DNA of 64,000 nt from Deltaproteobacteria bacterium (GTDB lineage: Bacteria; SAR324; XYD2-FULL-50-16). A program made the translations under genes and the position numbers. Shown piece by piece: positions 61,265 to 64,000 of this stretch. Numbering within the stretch: the first letter of the stretch is position 1; each line of letters opens with the position of its first letter. The notes beneath the pieces are model-generated. The model saw only the letters and a list, made by a program, of their open reading frames with translations, had not been told where the DNA came from and did no database searches. The stretch lies in NCBI GenBank assembly GCA_018645005.1, contig JABGPJ010000066.1, positions 41,808 through 105,807 of the forward strand, read 5' to 3'.

Positions 61265-61627
61265 ATGTTTGTAATAACTGAACGCGCGGCAGAGCAGTTT
61301 AAAAACTCTGCTGATGCAGTGGGTGATGATACCGTTTCATTGCGGATCTCCGCTAGAATATCCGTTCCCGGCGGTATGAAGTATAATATGGGCTTTGACC
61401 ATCAAAAAGAGGATGACACAGCCTGTGAGATATCCGGGATAAAGTTTCTACTGGATCCGGAATCGGTTAAAAATACAAAGGATATGTTGGTTGACTTTCG
61501 AGACTTTGAGGGCGCTGAACAATTTGTATTTCTGAACCCCAATGATAAAAAAGAAAACTGTGAAACATCACCCGATGGGTGTGATCCCGATGGTAACCCA
61601 ACCTGTAAAACCTGTACAGGGGATTAG
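61265..61627 (+). CDS. HesB/IscA-family (A-type carrier) protein with atypical Cys-rich C-terminal tail
   Basis: IscA-like core (SLRISARISVPGGMKYNMGFD...FVFLNPN) but the canonical CGCG tail is replaced by NCETSPDGCDPDGNPTCKTCTGD, which has 5 Cys. Confidence 0.55.
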   Translation: MFVITERAAEQFKNSADAVGDDTVSLRISARISVPGGMKYNMGFDHQKEDDTACEISGIKFLLDPESVKNTKDMLVDFRDFEGAEQFVFLNPNDKKENCETSPDGCDPDGNPTCKTCTGD

Positions 61628-61937
61628 GGCTGGCCACCAGGAGAACAGCACTTCCCGGACGGAGAGGTAAAGTACGACCGCCGTTGGAATCCGGTTTTCA
61701 AGAAAACCAGTGTAAGGTCCGAAGACTTCTTGCCCGGTTGGGCCTGAGCTCATCTGACAAACAGGCAATTCAGATTAGCTGCCTGTATTTAACTAGAGGC
61801 TGACCCCGCTGGGAATCGCTACAAACATTCTCCGGTGAACGTTAATTAATTCATGGTCGGTGGATATGGTAATTTCAAATTGCCTGGAAACTGCCTATTT
61901 TCTTTGATTGTGAAAAATTTTTTAAACAGGAAGAAAT

Positions 61938-63614
61938 ATGGCCATCGTTGTTAGAAAGATAAAAAGACCAGTTAGAGCCCATATCGGCGGCGGGAAAAAA
62001 TCCCAGAGTACGAAGCTGCCACGATATGTCGCCAAGCGGCCGCCATGTACTGATACATGTCCAAGCAGCGAGGATATCCGTGGGTATCTGACATATATTG
62101 CTCAGTCTGAAGAGTATGGACGGACTTTCGAAGAGTCCATGGAGCAAGCATGGCATATGCTGACAGACAAAAACCCGATGCCGGCTGTCATGGGAAGGGT
62201 TTGTCCTCACCCATGTGAAACAGCATGTAATCGTAAAGATAAAGACGGCGCTGTCAGTATTAATAAAGTAGAACTGTCGATTGGACAATTCGGGCTGGAA
62301 AACAAACTGGCTCTGAAAGCATTAACGGAAGAGAAGACGGGCAAGAAGATTGCTGTTATCGGTAGTGGACCGTCCGGTATCTCATGCGCTTACCAACTCG
62401 TCAGAAAAGGTCACTCTGTGACTGTTTTTGAATCCAAGTCAGAACCAGGTGGAATGATTCGCTGGGGTATTCCCGCATATCGACTGCCAAGAGATATTAT
62501 TGCAGCAGAATATCAAAGAATTTTTGATCTGGGCGTTGAATTCAAACCGAATACCAAGGTTGGAAAAGATATCAGTCTGGATCAACTGAAAAGTGATTAT
62601 GATGCGATTTATCAAGCAATTGGTGCTCAGGTTGGTTGGTCTCTCGGATTAGACGGAGAAGATTCAGCTAATGTTTATACGGGTGTTGAATTCCTGTACA
62701 AGCATAATATGCAGGAACAGATGAATATTGGTGATAAGGTGATCGTCGTGGGTGGTGGTGACACTGCTATGGACGTTGCCAGAAGCTGCAAACGGATGGG
62801 AGCTGATGTGACGGTTGTTTATCGCCGGAGCAGAAACGAAATGCCCGCTATTGAAGAAGATATCGTCGGTGCTGAAGAAGAAGGGATTAACTTCAATTTC
62901 CTATGTACACCAATTAAACTACAGGTTGCAGACGGAAACGTTACCGGGATGACATGTGTACGCATGGAACTGGGTGAGCCGGATGAAAGTGGTCGGGCCA
63001 GCTTTTCTGTGATTGATGGGTCCGAGTTTGATATCGCAGCCACCTCTTTAATTCCTTCCATCAGCCAGGAAGCTGATTTTGAGGGTATGGAAGAGATGAA
63101 AAATGAGAAAAACTGGACGTCTATTGCCACAGATTTCGGTCGTTTGAGTGAAGATGGCAAAATCTGGTCTGGTGGGGATGTGACCAGAGGCTTGGGGTTA
63201 GTGACTGAGGCTGTTGGTGACGGACGGATTGCTGCTGAAGATATTGATCGCTTTGTGATGGGCGCTGAATATGAGAAGCCGGAAGTCATGCCGGTGATCA
63301 ATTCTGCGACGATGCACATGCAACATTATGCAGATGCAGCTCGCAATTCCATTGGTGAAAAACCCGGTGCTGAAAGGATCTCTGACTTTAATGAGTATAT
63401 TATTCCTTTCACCATTGAAGCGATCAAAGCAGAAACAGCTCGCTGTATGAGTTGTGGTTCCTGTTTTGATTGTGAAAACTGCTGGAAGTTCTGTGGTGAT
63501 GGTGCTGTCAATAAGCTCGCCAAGGGGCAGCACTTTGAATTCAATCTGGATAAATGTATTGGTTGTAGTAAATGTATGGAAGAGTGCCCATGCGGACTGA
63601 TTGACATGATCTAA
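61938..63614 (+). CDS. GltD-family NAD(P)H-dependent iron-sulfur flavoprotein with C-terminal 2x[4Fe-4S] ferredoxin domain (DsrL-like architecture)
   Basis: GltD N-terminal Cys pattern (CTDTCP...RVCPHPCETAC). FAD motif IAVIGSGPSG. Second dinucleotide motif VIVVGGGDTAMD. A C-terminal extension carries CMSCGSCFDCENC and CIGCSKCMEECP. Confidence 0.6.
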   Translation: MAIVVRKIKRPVRAHIGGGKKSQSTKLPRYVAKRPPCTDTCPSSEDIRGYLTYIAQSEEYGRTFEESMEQAWHMLTDKNPMPAVMGRVCPHPCETACNRKDKDGAVSINKVELSIGQFGLENKLALKALTEEKTGKKIAVIGSGPSGISCAYQLVRKGHSVTVFESKSEPGGMIRWGIPAYRLPRDIIAAEYQRIFDLGVEFKPNTKVGKDISLDQLKSDYDAIYQAIGAQVGWSLGLDGEDSANVYTGVEFLYKHNMQEQMNIGDKVIVVGGGDTAMDVARSCKRMGADVTVVYRRSRNEMPAIEEDIVGAEEEGINFNFLCTPIKLQVADGNVTGMTCVRMELGEPDESGRASFSVIDGSEFDIAATSLIPSISQEADFEGMEEMKNEKNWTSIATDFGRLSEDGKIWSGGDVTRGLGLVTEAVGDGRIAAEDIDRFVMGAEYEKPEVMPVINSATMHMQHYADAARNSIGEKPGAERISDFNEYIIPFTIEAIKAETARCMSCGSCFDCENCWKFCGDGAVNKLAKGQHFEFNLDKCIGCSKCMEECPCGLIDMI

Positions 63615-63625
63615 TCGTTAATAAA

Positions 63626-63662
63626 AAGTCTCTGCTGATTCTTCACAGAGACTTTTTTTTTG
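63626..63662 (+). terminator. Rho-independent terminator
   Basis: AGTCTCTG-ctgattcttca-CAGAGACT followed by a T run (TTTTTTTTT), 12 bp after the stop of the DsrL-like gene. Confidence 0.75.
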
Positions 63663-63672
63663 CCTAAAAATT

Positions 63673-64000
63673 ATGGAATTAGTAAATAAGTTATCAGAAA
63701 AGAAACAGGAGATTGTGCGGGAGTGGATTCGTAAAACGATGGAGGCTTATCCCGCAGAGTCTCTCGCTGTTTTGAACCGGAATAAAAACCAGTTTGCTAA
63801 TCCATTATCTCATACTATTTCCGAAAATATTGACCTTCTCTTTGAAGAACTGCTGAGCGAGATAAATCCTGAAAAAGTGGCCCCGATTCTTGATAAAGTT
63901 ATACGTATCAGGGCTGTGCAGGATATGGCGCCAGCAAAGGCAATCTCTTTTGTCTTTGATCTGAAAGGGGTGATTCGAGATGCGCTGAAAGATGAGATTC
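63673..64000 (+). CDS. Partial ORF running off the window end, possibly an RsbRD N-terminal-like regulatory domain
   Basis: ATG at 63673. MELVNKLSEKKQEIVREWIRKTMEAYP...QFANPLSHTISENIDLLFEEL resembles the W...YP...FxNPxG pattern remembered for the RsbRD_N domain. Absent from the ORF track because no stop lies inside the window. Confidence 0.3.
   Translation, partial: MELVNKLSEKKQEIVREWIRKTMEAYPAESLAVLNRNKNQFANPLSHTISENIDLLFEELLSEINPEKVAPILDKVIRIRAVQDMAPAKAISFVFDLKGVIRDALKDEI

Overview
This window is a chromosomal segment from a dissimilatory sulfate-reducing bacterium. The gene content points to Desulfobacterota, and an embedded ATP-citrate-lyase-like pair suggests a Desulfobacter-like organism; both points are inference. 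GC looks moderate by eye and no rRNA or tRNA genes were found. The window falls into three parts. (1) Positions 1-8.1 kb carry the 3' end of pyrG followed by an outer-membrane and lipid A block, skp-fabZ-lpxA-gnnA-gnnB-lpxB. The gnnA/gnnB pair between lpxA and lpxB is the arrangement linked to 2,3-diamino-glucose (GlcN3N) lipid A. (2) Positions 8-43 kb hold housekeeping genes (traB-family, mogA, mrp, tgt, priA, plsB-like, galE, trkH/trkA, tlyA, cca, a crp/fnr regulator, rbgA) interspersed with accessory modules. These are an operon of a GerW/YtfJ-like gene, a small membrane protein gene and a 1105-aa fusion ending in a glycoside-hydrolase family 57 (GH57) domain; an operon on the minus strand encoding a metallo-beta-lactamase (MBL) fold hydrolase, a cNMP-binding protein and a lysine-rich, tetratricopeptide-repeat (TPR)-like membrane protein; two tandem paralogous secreted proteins plus an ELWxxDG-repeat lipoprotein; and two families of short repeats. 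One repeat family is a miniature inverted-repeat transposable element (MITE)-like element with 9-bp target-site duplications, present in two copies that exactly bracket the GerW-GH57 operon. The other is a 107-bp repeat present in three copies. (3) Positions 43.4-63.6 kb hold the complete core of dissimilatory sulfate reduction in one co-oriented locus: aprBA-qmoABC-sat-ppaC, then a two-gene ATP-citrate-lyase-like module, then dsrC-dsrA-dsrB-dsrD, then an IscA-like gene with an unusual cysteine tail and a glutamate-synthase small-subunit (GltD)-family iron-sulfur flavoprotein with DsrL-like architecture. The most unusual features are this consolidation, the embedded citrate lyase-like module and the DsrL-like gene. 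All homology calls were made by eye from the translated ORFs; no searches were run.
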